Part shown: positions 28,114 through 38,630 of the stretch, in pieces
Numbering within the stretch: position 1 is the first letter of the stretch
Layout: each line of letters opens with the position of its first letter
Origin: Thermomicrobiales bacterium
Lineage (GTDB): Bacteria > Chloroflexota > Chloroflexia > Thermomicrobiales > UBA6265
Reading direction: 5' to 3'
NCBI GenBank assembly: GCA_035708745.1
Contig: DASTFJ010000250.1
Span: forward strand, 76,987-140,986
DNA: 64,000 nucleotides
Notes under the pieces: generated by a model
What the model saw: the letters and a program-made list of their open reading frames with translations, nothing else
Databases searched by the model: none
Told to the model about the DNA's origin: nothing
Translations under genes and position numbers: made by a program

Positions 28114-29790
28114 TTGAAAGGCGAGCCGATATTGTGCACTCGCTTCAGCAGAGCCGATCTATCTTTGTCCCTGAGCCGCCGGTCTCTATTGGCTCGCACG
28201 ACCGGAGCAGCATTTGCCTCCCCAATTGGCGGTCTGAGCATTCCAGCCCGCGCGAGCGCCGATCCGGCTGACGCTTCATCTACGTTGACGATTGCCTCGA
28301 ACTGGCCAGTAATCGATATGGATCCTCAAAGTATCTATGAAGGTGGGTCGGCGCAGGCGATGGCCGGTGTGTTCGAAGGTTTGATCAAACTGCGGCCGGG
28401 AACGCCTTCCGAGTTTGTGCCATCGCTTGCCGAGTCGTGGGAGTCCAATTCGGACAAGAGCGTCTGGACGTTCCAGCTTCGTCCTCATCTTCGGTTTCAC
28501 GACGGTACGCCGCTCGACGCCGCTGCCGTTCGTGCGTCATTCGACCGGCTCTTTACCCTGTCGCTCCCTCCCTCGTCGGTGCTGGGGCGGTTCCTGCAGT
28601 CTGCCGAGCAAATTCACGAGCGGGACGGACGAACGATTGTCTTCGATCTCGGACGCCCCCAGCCGATGTTCGAGTCGGCGATGGCCGCTCCCTTTGGCAC
28701 CGCAATCGTCAATGCGGCCCTTGCGAAGTCCCACGAGATCGATGGCGACTGGGGTCATGCGTGGGCGGCGACGGACAGCACTGGCTTGGGCACAGGACCG
28801 TACCAGGCAACCCGCTCCGAAGCCGGTGATTCTACCGAGCTGACCCGATTCGATGACTACTGGGGCGGCTGGGATGGTGCTCACTTTAACCATGTCGTGC
28901 TGCGAGCGGTGGGTGACCCGCAGACACGACGCGAGCTCATAGAGCGTGGTGACGCGGACATTATCTTCAATGTTCCGCTCATATCGATCGCAGACTTGGA
29001 GCAGAATCCCGATGTAGTGGTCATGCACCAGGCTGATCTTCGAGTCCAATACTTCGCGATGACGATCGCCGGCCCGCTCGTCGACGTGCTGGTTCGGAAG
29101 GCGCTCTGTTGGGCATTTCCATATGAAGAGGTGCTCTCTGGTGTGCTGTTGAACTACGCCAAGCCCGCGCGGGGTCCAGTCAATGAGAACTGCAGAGGGT
29201 TTTCATCCACTGCGTTCACCTACTTCACGGACCTGGATCGCGCCCGCCAGCTCCTGGACGAGGCCGGACTCCACGAACAGCTCACGCTTTCGGTGGCAAT
29301 TGCGAACGGAAATGCTGAGAACCAGGCCATTGCTGAACTCTTTCAGGCGAACCTCGAACAGATTGGGGTCGAACTCGAAATAGAGAACCTCGACATCGCC
29401 AGCTACGTCGGAATGGCGTTTGGGGATCTGCCGGCCGAGGAGCGCGTGTCGTTTTTCCCGGCCAGCTGGGGGCCAGATTACGACGACGCATACAATCATC
29501 TCTGGCCAGCGGTTTCTTGCGACGCGTGGAATTCAGGGAATGCGGGCCACTATTGCAACCTGCGCGTCGAAGAGCTTCTCGAGGAAGCGCGAAACGCGGC
29601 CGATGAAGCGTCTTACGATAAGGCGCTGGAAGAAATTCAGCGAATTCTGAGCGATGACGACCCCGCCGCAATCTATTTCGCGCAGCCGGAGTGGATCACT
29701 GTCCTCCGATCTGACATCGGCGGCTATGTCATGAATCCGATCGTGAGTTCGTTGTTCGACTACTACGCGCTGCACAGAGTGCCGTCCTGA
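28114..29790 (+). CDS. ABC transporter substrate-binding protein, family 5 (peptide/nickel type), Tat signal
   Basis: SRRSLLARTTGAAFA twin-arginine leader. TTG start. No permease or ATPase gene is adjacent. Confidence 0.85.
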   Translation: MKGEPILCTRFSRADLSLSLSRRSLLARTTGAAFASPIGGLSIPARASADPADASSTLTIASNWPVIDMDPQSIYEGGSAQAMAGVFEGLIKLRPGTPSEFVPSLAESWESNSDKSVWTFQLRPHLRFHDGTPLDAAAVRASFDRLFTLSLPPSSVLGRFLQSAEQIHERDGRTIVFDLGRPQPMFESAMAAPFGTAIVNAALAKSHEIDGDWGHAWAATDSTGLGTGPYQATRSEAGDSTELTRFDDYWGGWDGAHFNHVVLRAVGDPQTRRELIERGDADIIFNVPLISIADLEQNPDVVVMHQADLRVQYFAMTIAGPLVDVLVRKALCWAFPYEEVLSGVLLNYAKPARGPVNENCRGFSSTAFTYFTDLDRARQLLDEAGLHEQLTLSVAIANGNAENQAIAELFQANLEQIGVELEIENLDIASYVGMAFGDLPAEERVSFFPASWGPDYDDAYNHLWPAVSCDAWNSGNAGHYCNLRVEELLEEARNAADEASYDKALEEIQRILSDDDPAAIYFAQPEWITVLRSDIGGYVMNPIVSSLFDYYALHRVPS

Positions 29791-30035
29791 CTCTGCTTCG
29801 CCAAGCGCGCACATTCGGGCCGCTAGCAGGGAACCGTCTCACCACCGCATACATACCAATGACCCGCCGGGGAGGCTCGGATTGATGCCGGATTACCACT
29901 TTGTGGTGATACCGGTCCGTAGCGCTCGTGGCTAGTTTACATATCACAACGTGGCAGATCACACCGGCCCCACCGCACGAGGGTCGAGATCGGATTTCGG
30001 TCGCCACCCGATACTGTCGAAGAAAGGCGAGCACG

Positions 30036-30470
30036 ATGGCGTACGGTCCAGTCGAAATGCTTGTGGTGAAGTTTCCAGGGAACCAATTTTCTGGCGAGAT
30101 CGTGCCTGCCCTCGAGGAACTGATCGAATCGGGAATGGTCCGAGTGATCGATCTCCTTTTCGTACTGAAAGACAGCGACGGCGCAGTCTTGATGTACGAG
30201 ATGAATGGATGGGGAGATGAGGTCGCGGCGGTATTCGAGCCGATCGTACAGCCGGACGACGAGCTGTTCTCACGAGAGGACGCCGAGAGCATAGGCGTCT
30301 TGTTGGAGCCCAATTCCTCCGCCGCCATGTTGCTTTTCGAAAATGCCTGGGCAGCGCGGTTCACCACAGCAATGGCAGATGCAGCTGGCGAAGTCATTGT
30401 CAATGCGCGCATTCCGCGCGAAGTCGTCCAACAAATTGTCGCCGAATCGGCCTTCAGCGCCAACGGTTGA
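30036..30470 (+). CDS. Soluble DUF1269-N-domain-like protein (DUF6325-like, paralog B)
   Basis: VEMLVVKFPGNQFSGEIVPALEELIESGMVRVIDLLFVLKDSDG. Confidence 0.65.
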   Translation: MAYGPVEMLVVKFPGNQFSGEIVPALEELIESGMVRVIDLLFVLKDSDGAVLMYEMNGWGDEVAAVFEPIVQPDDELFSREDAESIGVLLEPNSSAAMLLFENAWAARFTTAMADAAGEVIVNARIPREVVQQIVAESAFSANG

Positions 30471-30506
30471 TCGACCGGTCGAACAAGCCGAGAGAGGACG
30501 AGAGAC

Positions 30507-30851
30507 ATGTTGAGGAGTCGAGGCGGTCGGGGAATTATTGGCACCATGGCAACCACCGCGGTTGTCGCGGGAACGGCCGGGGCGGTGCATCACCGACAGG
30601 AGAATCGTTACCAACAGAAGGCGATGGAACAACAGCAGGACTATCAAACCCAGCAGGCCGCATATGACAGCCAGGCGCAGATTGCCGACTTGCAGGCGCA
30701 AGTGAGCTCGATGCAAGCGCAGCAGGGATCGCCGCCTGCCGGCGGTTCCGACATGATGGCGCAACTGCAACAGTTGTCCACGATGCAAGCAGCCGGATTG
30801 CTGACTCCCGAACAATTCGAAGCGGCGAAGAACAAACTTCTCGCTAACTAG
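30507..30851 (+). CDS. SHOCT-domain protein with a Gln-rich linker
   Basis: N-terminal hydrophobic segment and C-terminal GLLTPEQFEAAKNKLL (SHOCT pattern). Confidence 0.7.
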   Translation: MLRSRGGRGIIGTMATTAVVAGTAGAVHHRQENRYQQKAMEQQQDYQTQQAAYDSQAQIADLQAQVSSMQAQQGSPPAGGSDMMAQLQQLSTMQAAGLLTPEQFEAAKNKLLAN

Positions 30852-30952
30852 CGTTGCCGGTCCGCGAACGGTCGTGAACGATACCCAGCCTCCGGAATAT
30901 CCATCCAGCGATCGATATTTCGCTGTCACGGCCGTTCGACGCCGGCCTTCTT

Positions 30953-30986
30953 GAAACGAGTGACGTTCTGCTGCGTCACTCGTTTC
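30953..30986. repeat. Perfect 13-bp inverted repeat
   Basis: GAAACGAGTGACG (30953-30965) and CGTCACTCGTTTC (30974-30986), 8-nt spacer, no U tract on either strand. Confidence 0.5.
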
Positions 30987-31062
30987 ACGTTCAGTGCTTC
31001 CACCAGATCGGGCTGTGAGTTAGTTCGCCACGCATTCCTGAGCACCATGGAGGCGGGAACCA

Positions 31063-32397
31063 ATGGAACAACCAGCGAGTCGCGGCAAAATTAGCATGTT
31101 CAGCGCGGCGTTCATGGGCATCGGCGCGATGGTTGGCGCAGGGATCTTTGCATTGCTCGGCGAGGCTGGCGCGATCGCCGGCACAGCCGTCTGGCTCTCG
31201 TTCTTGATCGCGGGCCTTATCTCATTACTCCAGGGGTACTCGTTTGCCAAACTGGGGCGCAAATACCCGTCTCGGGGTGGCATGCTCGAATTCTTCGTCC
31301 GGGGATTTGGCAACGGTCACCTGACAGGAAGCACTGCTTGGCTCTTCTATTTGGTTGGTCAGCTGATTTCGGTCATGGTGGCGTTGTCATTTGGCAGCTA
31401 TGCCGGCGCGTTGTTCTTCGGAGACGATGTCACGCCGGAAGCGGAGAAGCTGCTTGCGATCGTCATCATCATCGTGATGGCGCTCCTTAATCTCGAACTA
31501 GCTCGAGGCGCAGTCGCCCGAGTGCAGACCGGCATCGTCTGGGCCGTAATGGCCATACTGGGCGGATTCGCCTTTATCACACTGCGAAACGCCGATTATT
31601 CCCTGCTCTCCCCAGATGGATATCCGGGTATCTCGTCCATTATTTCTAGCGTCGCTATCACGTTTTTCGCGTTTCTCGGGTTTTCGGTTGTCGCGTTTGT
31701 GGGACCCGACATGGAAGATCCCGACAGGAATTTGCCGAGGGCGATGTATCTCTCATTGATTCTCACTACCACGCTCTACGTGGCGATCGCGATCGGCGTG
31801 TTCGGAATGCTGACTCTCGACGAGGTCATAGCGGCGGGCAATACGGCGATTGCCGCTGCTGCCGAGCCGGTGCTGGGCGCCGCTGGATTCACCATCATGA
31901 CCGTTGCGGCGGTTTTTTCAACCTCATCAGCAGTCAATTCGCAATTTTTTGCGACGACCGGTGTCACCGCGTACCTGTCAGAAATCGGGCAGTTCCCTCC
32001 CGCGCTCGGTCGGAAGACTGGCACATATGGAAACCTTGGCACCGCTATCTCGACTGTGGTCGTAGTTGCCCTCACGTTGATGTTCGATCTTTCGGCGATC
32101 GCTTCGATCGGCAGTGCGGTTGCCCTCTTGATCTTCATGATGGTTGGAATTGCCCACCTGCGGCTCATTAGCGAGACGGGCGCGAAGCGATGGATTATCT
32201 ATCTGTCGATCATCACCGTCGTTGTTACCTTGCTGGTATTCACATTCGTGACGCTGGTGGACGAGCCTGCAACTGCTTTCGCCATGTTGGGCTTCATTAT
32301 TGTGGCGGTTGTGATCGATCGTTTCTGGCGCGGGATCGCATTTCTCAATCGCGCTACGACGAGCGAAGCGACCACCCCGGACGCCGCTGGTTCCTGA
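31063..32397 (+). CDS. APC-family amino acid permease
   Basis: 444 aa, about 12 TM helices, GIGAMVGAGIFALLG motif. Confidence 0.85.
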   Translation: MEQPASRGKISMFSAAFMGIGAMVGAGIFALLGEAGAIAGTAVWLSFLIAGLISLLQGYSFAKLGRKYPSRGGMLEFFVRGFGNGHLTGSTAWLFYLVGQLISVMVALSFGSYAGALFFGDDVTPEAEKLLAIVIIIVMALLNLELARGAVARVQTGIVWAVMAILGGFAFITLRNADYSLLSPDGYPGISSIISSVAITFFAFLGFSVVAFVGPDMEDPDRNLPRAMYLSLILTTTLYVAIAIGVFGMLTLDEVIAAGNTAIAAAAEPVLGAAGFTIMTVAAVFSTSSAVNSQFFATTGVTAYLSEIGQFPPALGRKTGTYGNLGTAISTVVVVALTLMFDLSAIASIGSAVALLIFMMVGIAHLRLISETGAKRWIIYLSIITVVVTLLVFTFVTLVDEPATAFAMLGFIIVAVVIDRFWRGIAFLNRATTSEATTPDAAGS

Positions 32398-32598
32398 CCG
32401 CGCCGCGCGATCGACCCAGGAGCCACCGGGTCGAATCGCCCCCACTGTGTTCCGTCCAACGGCTCCAGCCAACCTTTTGGTTTGCCCTCAGCGTTATGCC
32501 CAAGCCAGTGAGCGAGTTGCTCGCTGCTTTCTATGCCGTGTGATTGCGGCGGCGGAGAGACAACATTCCGGTGCAACCTCGGGGGTTAACCCCTCGAT

Positions 32599-32628
32599 GA
32601 CATCGCTTTACCACTTTTCAGCGATGTC
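32599..32628. promoter_or_regulatory. 9-bp inverted repeat GACATCGCT-N12-AGCGATGTC upstream of arcA
   Basis: Seen directly, 84-113 nt upstream of the arcA ATG. The palindrome GGGGTTAACCCC lies next to it at 32582-32593. Confidence 0.35.
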
Positions 32629-32711
32629 GACCCGTTCCTCCTGCGCATAGCATCGGAACCCACGAAGCAATGCAGACACGACTTGGTGCGCTTGGCAGCG
32701 AGGAGTTCAAG

Positions 32712-33974
32712 ATGAGCATGTATGGAGTGAGTTCCGAAGTTGGGGCCCTGCGCAAGGTCATCGTCCATCGGCCCGAACTAAGCCTGAAACGACTGACTCC
32801 TGGCAATCATGACGAGCTGCTCTTCGATGATGTGCTCTGGGTAGAACAGGCGCAGCGCGAGCATGACGCGTTCGTTGAAGTCCTGCGCAGCCGCGGTGCC
32901 GAGGTCTATTACGTCCAGAACCTTCTCTCCGAGGCACTGGCCGCAAGCGATGTCGGCCGGGACAAGATCATCGAGCACGTCGCCGGCGCGTACACGGTCG
33001 GCTGGTCAGCCTCAGACGAGGTCCAGACATTGCTCCAGGGCCTGAAGCCTGATGTGCTGGCCAAGCATCTTCTCGGCGGCATGACCATCGGTGAGTCCGG
33101 ACTGGACATGAAGGCCCTGGGCTCGGTTTCACTGTTGGCCGCGGCGAGCGACGACGAAGACGCATTCCTGTTACCTCCGCTGCCCAATACGCTCTTCACG
33201 CGCGATTCCTCATGCTGGATCTACGGCGGCGTTTCGGTAAATCCAATGTACTGGCCCGCCAGACGCCGCGAAGCCTTCAACATGATGATCATCTATCGCT
33301 ATCACCCGATGTTCGATGGGGCCGATTTCGAATGGTGGTACCCCGACCGTGACTCCGAAGGCCAGGCAGTCCTGACCGATTTCGGGCAGGCATCCCTTGA
33401 AGGTGGCGACGTGCAACCGATCGGAAACGGAACCGTTCTGATCGGAATGAGCGAGCGCACAACGGGGCGCATGATCGAACACATCGCGCACGCCCTGTTC
33501 AAAGCTGGACAGGCCGAGCGTGTCATTGCGGCCGTGATGGGGAAGGACCGGGCGCACATGCACCTGGATACCGTCTTCACACTACTCGACCGGGACGTGG
33601 TCACCGCCTATACCGAGGTCGTAGACAAGATCCAGGCGATCAGCCTGCGGCCGGGTAAACGAGATGGCGATTTTCACGTCACCAGGGAGCCTAGCTTCCT
33701 CAAAGCGGTTCAGAACGCACTGGGAGTCTCGAAGCTGCACGTCGTTGGCACAGGTGGCGATCGCTACCAGCAAGCCCGCGAGCAGTGGGACGACGCAAAT
33801 AACACGGTTGCGCTCGCGCCCGGTGTGGTGATTGCGTACGAGCGGAACACGTTCACGATCTCGAAGATGCGTGAGGCTGGTATCGAGGTCCTTCCGATTC
33901 AGGGATTCGAGCTCGGCAAGGGACGTGGCGGTGGTCACTGCATGACCTGCCCAATCCTGCGGGATCCAATCTAG
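32712..33974 (+). CDS. arcA: Arginine deiminase
   Basis: [19 protein letters not shown]-terminus and C-terminal GGGHCMTCP catalytic Cys motif. GAGGAG lies upstream of the ATG. Confidence 0.92.
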   Translation: MSMYGVSSEVGALRKVIVHRPELSLKRLTPGNHDELLFDDVLWVEQAQREHDAFVEVLRSRGAEVYYVQNLLSEALAASDVGRDKIIEHVAGAYTVGWSASDEVQTLLQGLKPDVLAKHLLGGMTIGESGLDMKALGSVSLLAAASDDEDAFLLPPLPNTLFTRDSSCWIYGGVSVNPMYWPARRREAFNMMIIYRYHPMFDGADFEWWYPDRDSEGQAVLTDFGQASLEGGDVQPIGNGTVLIGMSERTTGRMIEHIAHALFKAGQAERVIAAVMGKDRAHMHLDTVFTLLDRDVVTAYTEVVDKIQAISLRPGKRDGDFHVTREPSFLKAVQNALGVSKLHVVGTGGDRYQQAREQWDDANNTVALAPGVVIAYERNTFTISKMREAGIEVLPIQGFELGKGRGGGHCMTCPILRDPI

Positions 33975-33990
33975 GCGGAAGGGAAGCACG

Positions 33991-34494
33991 ATGCGTGGAT
34001 GGAGCAGTCTCTTCGCAATCCTTATAGGAATCGCGATCGTGGCGTTGATCGTGACCAATAACCGCGTGGACGGCGAAACCGTCGCTCCGCAGGCAGGTAA
34101 CACAACTGCTGGGTTGGCCGCCGGCGCGTTTCAGGCCGCCATAGGAGTCCTCTCGCCGGCGACATCTCTTCAACTGATGATCGACGGCGGAACGCTCCCC
34201 GAGGCGGCGGTGGCGCCGTTGACCGATGCTGCCGACCAATACCAACAGGCGCTCTCACTGCCTCCCGCGGAGGCAGAAGTCCTGCTCCAGCAGTCGCTTG
34301 CCAATCTTGACGAGGCGCAATCCATCGTCAGCGCTGCGGCAGAGGACGCCTCGAATCAGGTCAGTCAGGAAACATTGAAACGAAGTGCGGCCGCCATCGG
34401 GGCAATCGGGGACAGAGTCGAGTCTGACTTGCAGCTCATTCAGCAAACCGGCAGCCCGGTGCCATCGGTCGTCGTTGAGGGAGAAGAGAAATGA
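33991..34494 (+). CDS. Membrane-anchored hypothetical protein inside the arc operon
   Basis: One N-terminal TM helix followed by an Ala/Gln-rich helical region. ATGA overlap with the next gene. Confidence 0.55.
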   Translation: MRGWSSLFAILIGIAIVALIVTNNRVDGETVAPQAGNTTAGLAAGAFQAAIGVLSPATSLQLMIDGGTLPEAAVAPLTDAADQYQQALSLPPAEAEVLLQQSLANLDEAQSIVSAAAEDASNQVSQETLKRSAAAIGAIGDRVESDLQLIQQTGSPVPSVVVEGEEK

Positions 34495-36008
34495 CAGCAG
34501 CTGCCACTCCTGCTCCCACCCAGCCGCCTGCGACGCCTGTCGAAGAGAAGAAGCACCGGTTCAAGATGCCGGGTGCGTACACCATCCTCTTCATTTTGAT
34601 CGTCGTGGTCGCCATTTCGAGCTATTTCATTCCTGCCGGCGTGTATGACCTCGACGGCGAAGGGGCGCCGATCCCAGGTACATACCATGAGGTCGACGCC
34701 AACCCGGCGAGGATTGTTCGCGACACGCTTCGGGCCCCAATCGAGGGCATGTACGGTGTCCAGGACGAGACTGGCAACGTCAACGCCTTCAACTACGGCG
34801 AGCTCTATGGAGCGATCGACGTGGCCTTGTTCGTCATCATCGTCGGCGGGTACCTCGGCGTCACGATGAAGACTGGGGCGATCAACACGGGGATCAACAG
34901 CCTGGTGCGGTCACTCAAGGGTCGGGAAAAACTCATGATCCCGGTTCTGATGATCGTTTTCGCGTTGGGCGGCACATCGTATGGCATGGCCGAAGAAACC
35001 CTCGCGTTCTATCCGCTCATCGTGGCGGTGATGATCGCGGCGGGATATGACGCGCTCACAGGAGCCGCCATCCTCTTGCTTGGAGCTGGCATCGGCGTGC
35101 TGGGCTCGACCATCAATCCCTTTGCGACGGGGATCGCGTCTGGCTTTGCCGACACGTCGATCGCCGATGGGCTGGCGGGTCGACTGATCATGCTCGTTGT
35201 CGGAACGGCCATTGGCATCTTTTGGGTCATGCGCTATGCAGAGCGGGTGCGCAAGGATCCAAGTAAGTCGCTGGTGTACGACATGAAGGAGGCGAATGAA
35301 GCCAAATTTCTCTCCACGGGTTCTGGAGCGGAAGAAGAGTCGCTGAACGGAAAGCAAAAGATCGTTCTCGTTCTTTTCTTTCTCGGCTTCGTCGTCATGA
35401 TGTATGGCGTGATCCCCTGGTCAGACCTGGGTATCGACATACCAACGCTTTGGTGGTGGTTCCCCGAGATGAGCTCGTCGTTCATCCTCTTTGCGATCCT
35501 CATCGGAGTCGTGGGCGGATTGGGTGAGGAAGGGCTCACTAGCGGGTTTATCGACGGGGCTCGCGACCTACTGGGAGTCGCCCTCATCGTCGGTGTTGCG
35601 CGCGGAATCTCGGTCGTCATGAACAACGCGCAGATCACCGATACGGTGCTCCATTGGACCGAGGACGCAGTGAGCGGGCTGGGAGGAGGGAAATTCCTGA
35701 TCATCCTCTTCCTGCTCTTCATTCCGCTCTCGTTTCTCATCCCCTCCAGCTCCGGGCTCGCCACCGTAACCATGCCCATTATGGTGCCGCTTGCCAGCTT
35801 CGCCGGCGTGTCGAGCTACCTCGTAGTTACGTCCTATCAATTCGGGTCGGGGCTTGTTGCTCTGGTCACGCCAACGTTTGCCGTGGTCATGGGAGGACTG
35901 GCAATCGCGAGAGTGCCTTATCCAATCTGGCTGAGGTTTGCGCTTCCGGTTGTCGTGGTGCTTGGAGTTCTGAGCGCTCTGATTCTGCTGGGTGGCAACG
36001 CACTTTGA
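34491..36008 (+). CDS. YfcC/DcuC-type anaerobic carrier family transporter (candidate arginine/ornithine exchanger)
   Basis: 505-aa polytopic protein. This family occurs as ArcD-type carriers in some ADI clusters. Confidence 0.8.
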   Translation: MTAAATPAPTQPPATPVEEKKHRFKMPGAYTILFILIVVVAISSYFIPAGVYDLDGEGAPIPGTYHEVDANPARIVRDTLRAPIEGMYGVQDETGNVNAFNYGELYGAIDVALFVIIVGGYLGVTMKTGAINTGINSLVRSLKGREKLMIPVLMIVFALGGTSYGMAEETLAFYPLIVAVMIAAGYDALTGAAILLLGAGIGVLGSTINPFATGIASGFADTSIADGLAGRLIMLVVGTAIGIFWVMRYAERVRKDPSKSLVYDMKEANEAKFLSTGSGAEEESLNGKQKIVLVLFFLGFVVMMYGVIPWSDLGIDIPTLWWWFPEMSSSFILFAILIGVVGGLGEEGLTSGFIDGARDLLGVALIVGVARGISVVMNNAQITDTVLHWTEDAVSGLGGGKFLIILFLLFIPLSFLIPSSSGLATVTMPIMVPLASFAGVSSYLVVTSYQFGSGLVALVTPTFAVVMGGLAIARVPYPIWLRFALPVVVVLGVLSALILLGGNAL

Positions 36009-36065
36009 GTTTATTGTCGAGACGTTTAGGTACGGCGGTCACCGCCGTCGGAAGGGAACCTCACT

Positions 36066-37067
36066 ATGAAATTCGACTTTTCCGGTCGCGACTTGCTCGA
36101 TGTCGGGCAGCTCAGCAAAGAGGAGTTCGTGGCCTTGCTGGACCTCGCGGCCGAACTCAAAGCGGCGAAAAAAGCCGGGAATGAATATGAGTACCTTGCC
36201 AAAAAGGAGATCGTGCTGATCTTCGAGAAGACCTCGACTCGGACGCGCTGCGCGTTCGAGGTCGCCGCATACGACCAGGGCGCTCACGTGACCTATCTCG
36301 GGCCTGATGGTTCACAGATCGGTCACAAGGAGTCTATGAAGGACACAGCACGGGTGCTCGGACGCATGTATGACGCGATCGAATATCGCGGCTTCTCGCA
36401 AGAGATGGTCGAAACGCTGGCGGAGTTTTCGGGCGTACCGGTCTACAACGGCTTGACCGACGAATTCCACCCCACGCAAATGTTTGCTGACGTGCTCACC
36501 ATGCGCGAGCACAGCAACAAGCCATTGGAGCAGATCGCATTTGCATTTCTTGGGGACGCCCGCAACAACATGGGCAACTCCTTGCTCGAATCAGGCGCCA
36601 AGCTGGGGATGGACGTACGCATTGTCGCGCCGAAACACCTGTGGCCGCACGACGACCTGGTCGAGAAATGCCAGACCTGGGCCAAAGCAAGCGGCGCCCG
36701 GGTGACTCTCACTGATGATATCGACGAAGGCGTCAAAGGTGTCGACTTCGTGCACACCGATGTGTGGGTCTCGATGGGCGAGCCGATGGATGTATGGGGC
36801 GAGCGTATCGACCTTCTGCGACCCTATCAGGTCAATGCGGATGTGCTCAAACGAACCGGTAATCCCGACGTCAAGTTCATGCATTGCCTGCCTGCCTTCC
36901 ATAACAACGAAACCAAGGTCGGCAAAGAAATCGAAGCGAAGTACGGCATCGTCGGCCTGGAGGTGACCGATGACGTCTTCGAATCGCCCCGATCGATCGT
37001 TTTCGATCAGGCAGAGAACCGCATGCACACGATCAAGGCCATCCTGGTCGCGACGCTTGCCGCCTAG
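36066..37067 (+). CDS. arcB: Ornithine carbamoyltransferase
   Basis: STRTR, HPTQ and HCLP motifs. Confidence 0.92.
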   Translation: MKFDFSGRDLLDVGQLSKEEFVALLDLAAELKAAKKAGNEYEYLAKKEIVLIFEKTSTRTRCAFEVAAYDQGAHVTYLGPDGSQIGHKESMKDTARVLGRMYDAIEYRGFSQEMVETLAEFSGVPVYNGLTDEFHPTQMFADVLTMREHSNKPLEQIAFAFLGDARNNMGNSLLESGAKLGMDVRIVAPKHLWPHDDLVEKCQTWAKASGARVTLTDDIDEGVKGVDFVHTDVWVSMGEPMDVWGERIDLLRPYQVNADVLKRTGNPDVKFMHCLPAFHNNETKVGKEIEAKYGIVGLEVTDDVFESPRSIVFDQAENRMHTIKAILVATLAA

Positions 37068-37100
37068 GAGTTATCCGAAAGTACGCGCAAGAGAGCAGAC

Positions 37101-38630
37101 ATGTCCGACGATCCGGTCCGTGCTGAATCTGAAAAGCCGGTCACTGCGCCATCGCTGGTCGAGGCGTTGATCCCGGTATGTCTGCTCATTGTTCTTCTCG
37201 CCCTCTCGGTCTATCTGTATGGGCTGGATTCGAGCGGCGGTCCCATACAGGTCAGCCTTTTTACGACATCACTTTTCGCGGCGATGCTCGCCGCACGGCG
37301 TGGCGTGGTGTTCGACAAGCTACGGATCGCAGTGATCGAAGGAATCTCAGCCGGATTGAGCGCGATTTTCATCCTCCTGGCAGTAGGAGCTCTCCTTGGC
37401 ATCTGGAATATGGGGGGCACCATCGCGACGGTGATCTATTACGGGCTCGATCTCCTGAAGCCGAGCTACTTCTACTTCGCGGTCAGTATCGTCTGCGCGG
37501 TTACCGGTCTCGTGACCGGGAGTTCGTGGACGACCGCTGGTACCCTCGGCGTGGCATTCGTCGGAATCAGCAAAGTACTGGGAATGGATCCCGCGATTAC
37601 GGCAGGTGCCGCGATCTCGGGCGCCTATATGGGCGACAAAATGTGTCCACTTTCTGAAACGACCGTATTAGTGCCCAGCATTACTGGAGCAAAATTGTCC
37701 GCGCATATTCGCGCGATGATGTGGACCGTGCTCCCCTCCTTTGCCATTGCCGCCGCGCTCTTCCTGGCGCTCAGCTTGCGCGCCAATCCTGCAACGACTG
37801 CTCTCGACACTTCGCAGGCTAAAGCAGCTCTCGACTCGACGTTCAACATCGGGCCAATCACGCTCTTGCCGATCGTCATCCTGATCGTGCTCAGCGTCCT
37901 CCGATATCCACCGTTCATGGCGATTTTCCTGACCGCACTCGCATCCGGTGTGCTTGCCTGCTTCACACAGAAAGGTGTCGTGGATGCCTTTGTGAATGAC
38001 CCCAACCTCGGTATCATTCTGACTTCGATCAAGGCAATTATTTCGGCAGCCGGTACCGGGTTCGCGCTCGACACAGGCAATCCCTCTATCGACACGCTCT
38101 TCAGCGGGGGTGGCATGTCCAGCATGCTCACTACCCTCTGGCTCATCATCGGTGCGCTGACATTCGGCGCGGTTATGGAGCGCGCCGGCTACCTGAACGC
38201 GCTTGTTACTCCGCTGTTGGATCATGCGACATCCGGCGGACGCTTGACCCTTGCCGTAGCCGGAAGTGCGATCGGCCTGAACATTCTCGCCGGTGACCAG
38301 TACGTAGCAGACGTGATTCCGGCGCGCACCTTCAAGGATGAGTTCCGCCGCCGCGGCTACCGTCCGGAAACGCTCTCCCGCATTGTCGAAGACAACGGTA
38401 CGGTGACCTCCGTGCTTATACCGTGGAACACCTGTGGCGCGTATCACGCAGCCGTATTGGGTGTCGCCACCTTCGATTACCTGCCTTATTGCTTTTTCAA
38501 TCTCGTCAATCCACTCCTCTCCATCCTTTACGGATTTCTCGGGTTCCGTATGGAGAAGTTCAAGAATGGCGAGCTCATCGGCGATGTTGTCCCTGATACC
38601 AGTGCCATAGCCGGAGGAGATGTTTCATGA
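37101..38630 (+). CDS. NhaC-family Na+/H+ antiporter-type transporter
   Basis: 509-aa polytopic protein with NhaC-like sequence. Confidence 0.85.
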   Translation: MSDDPVRAESEKPVTAPSLVEALIPVCLLIVLLALSVYLYGLDSSGGPIQVSLFTTSLFAAMLAARRGVVFDKLRIAVIEGISAGLSAIFILLAVGALLGIWNMGGTIATVIYYGLDLLKPSYFYFAVSIVCAVTGLVTGSSWTTAGTLGVAFVGISKVLGMDPAITAGAAISGAYMGDKMCPLSETTVLVPSITGAKLSAHIRAMMWTVLPSFAIAAALFLALSLRANPATTALDTSQAKAALDSTFNIGPITLLPIVILIVLSVLRYPPFMAIFLTALASGVLACFTQKGVVDAFVNDPNLGIILTSIKAIISAAGTGFALDTGNPSIDTLFSGGGMSSMLTTLWLIIGALTFGAVMERAGYLNALVTPLLDHATSGGRLTLAVAGSAIGLNILAGDQYVADVIPARTFKDEFRRRGYRPETLSRIVEDNGTVTSVLIPWNTCGAYHAAVLGVATFDYLPYCFFNLVNPLLSILYGFLGFRMEKFKNGELIGDVVPDTSAIAGGDVS

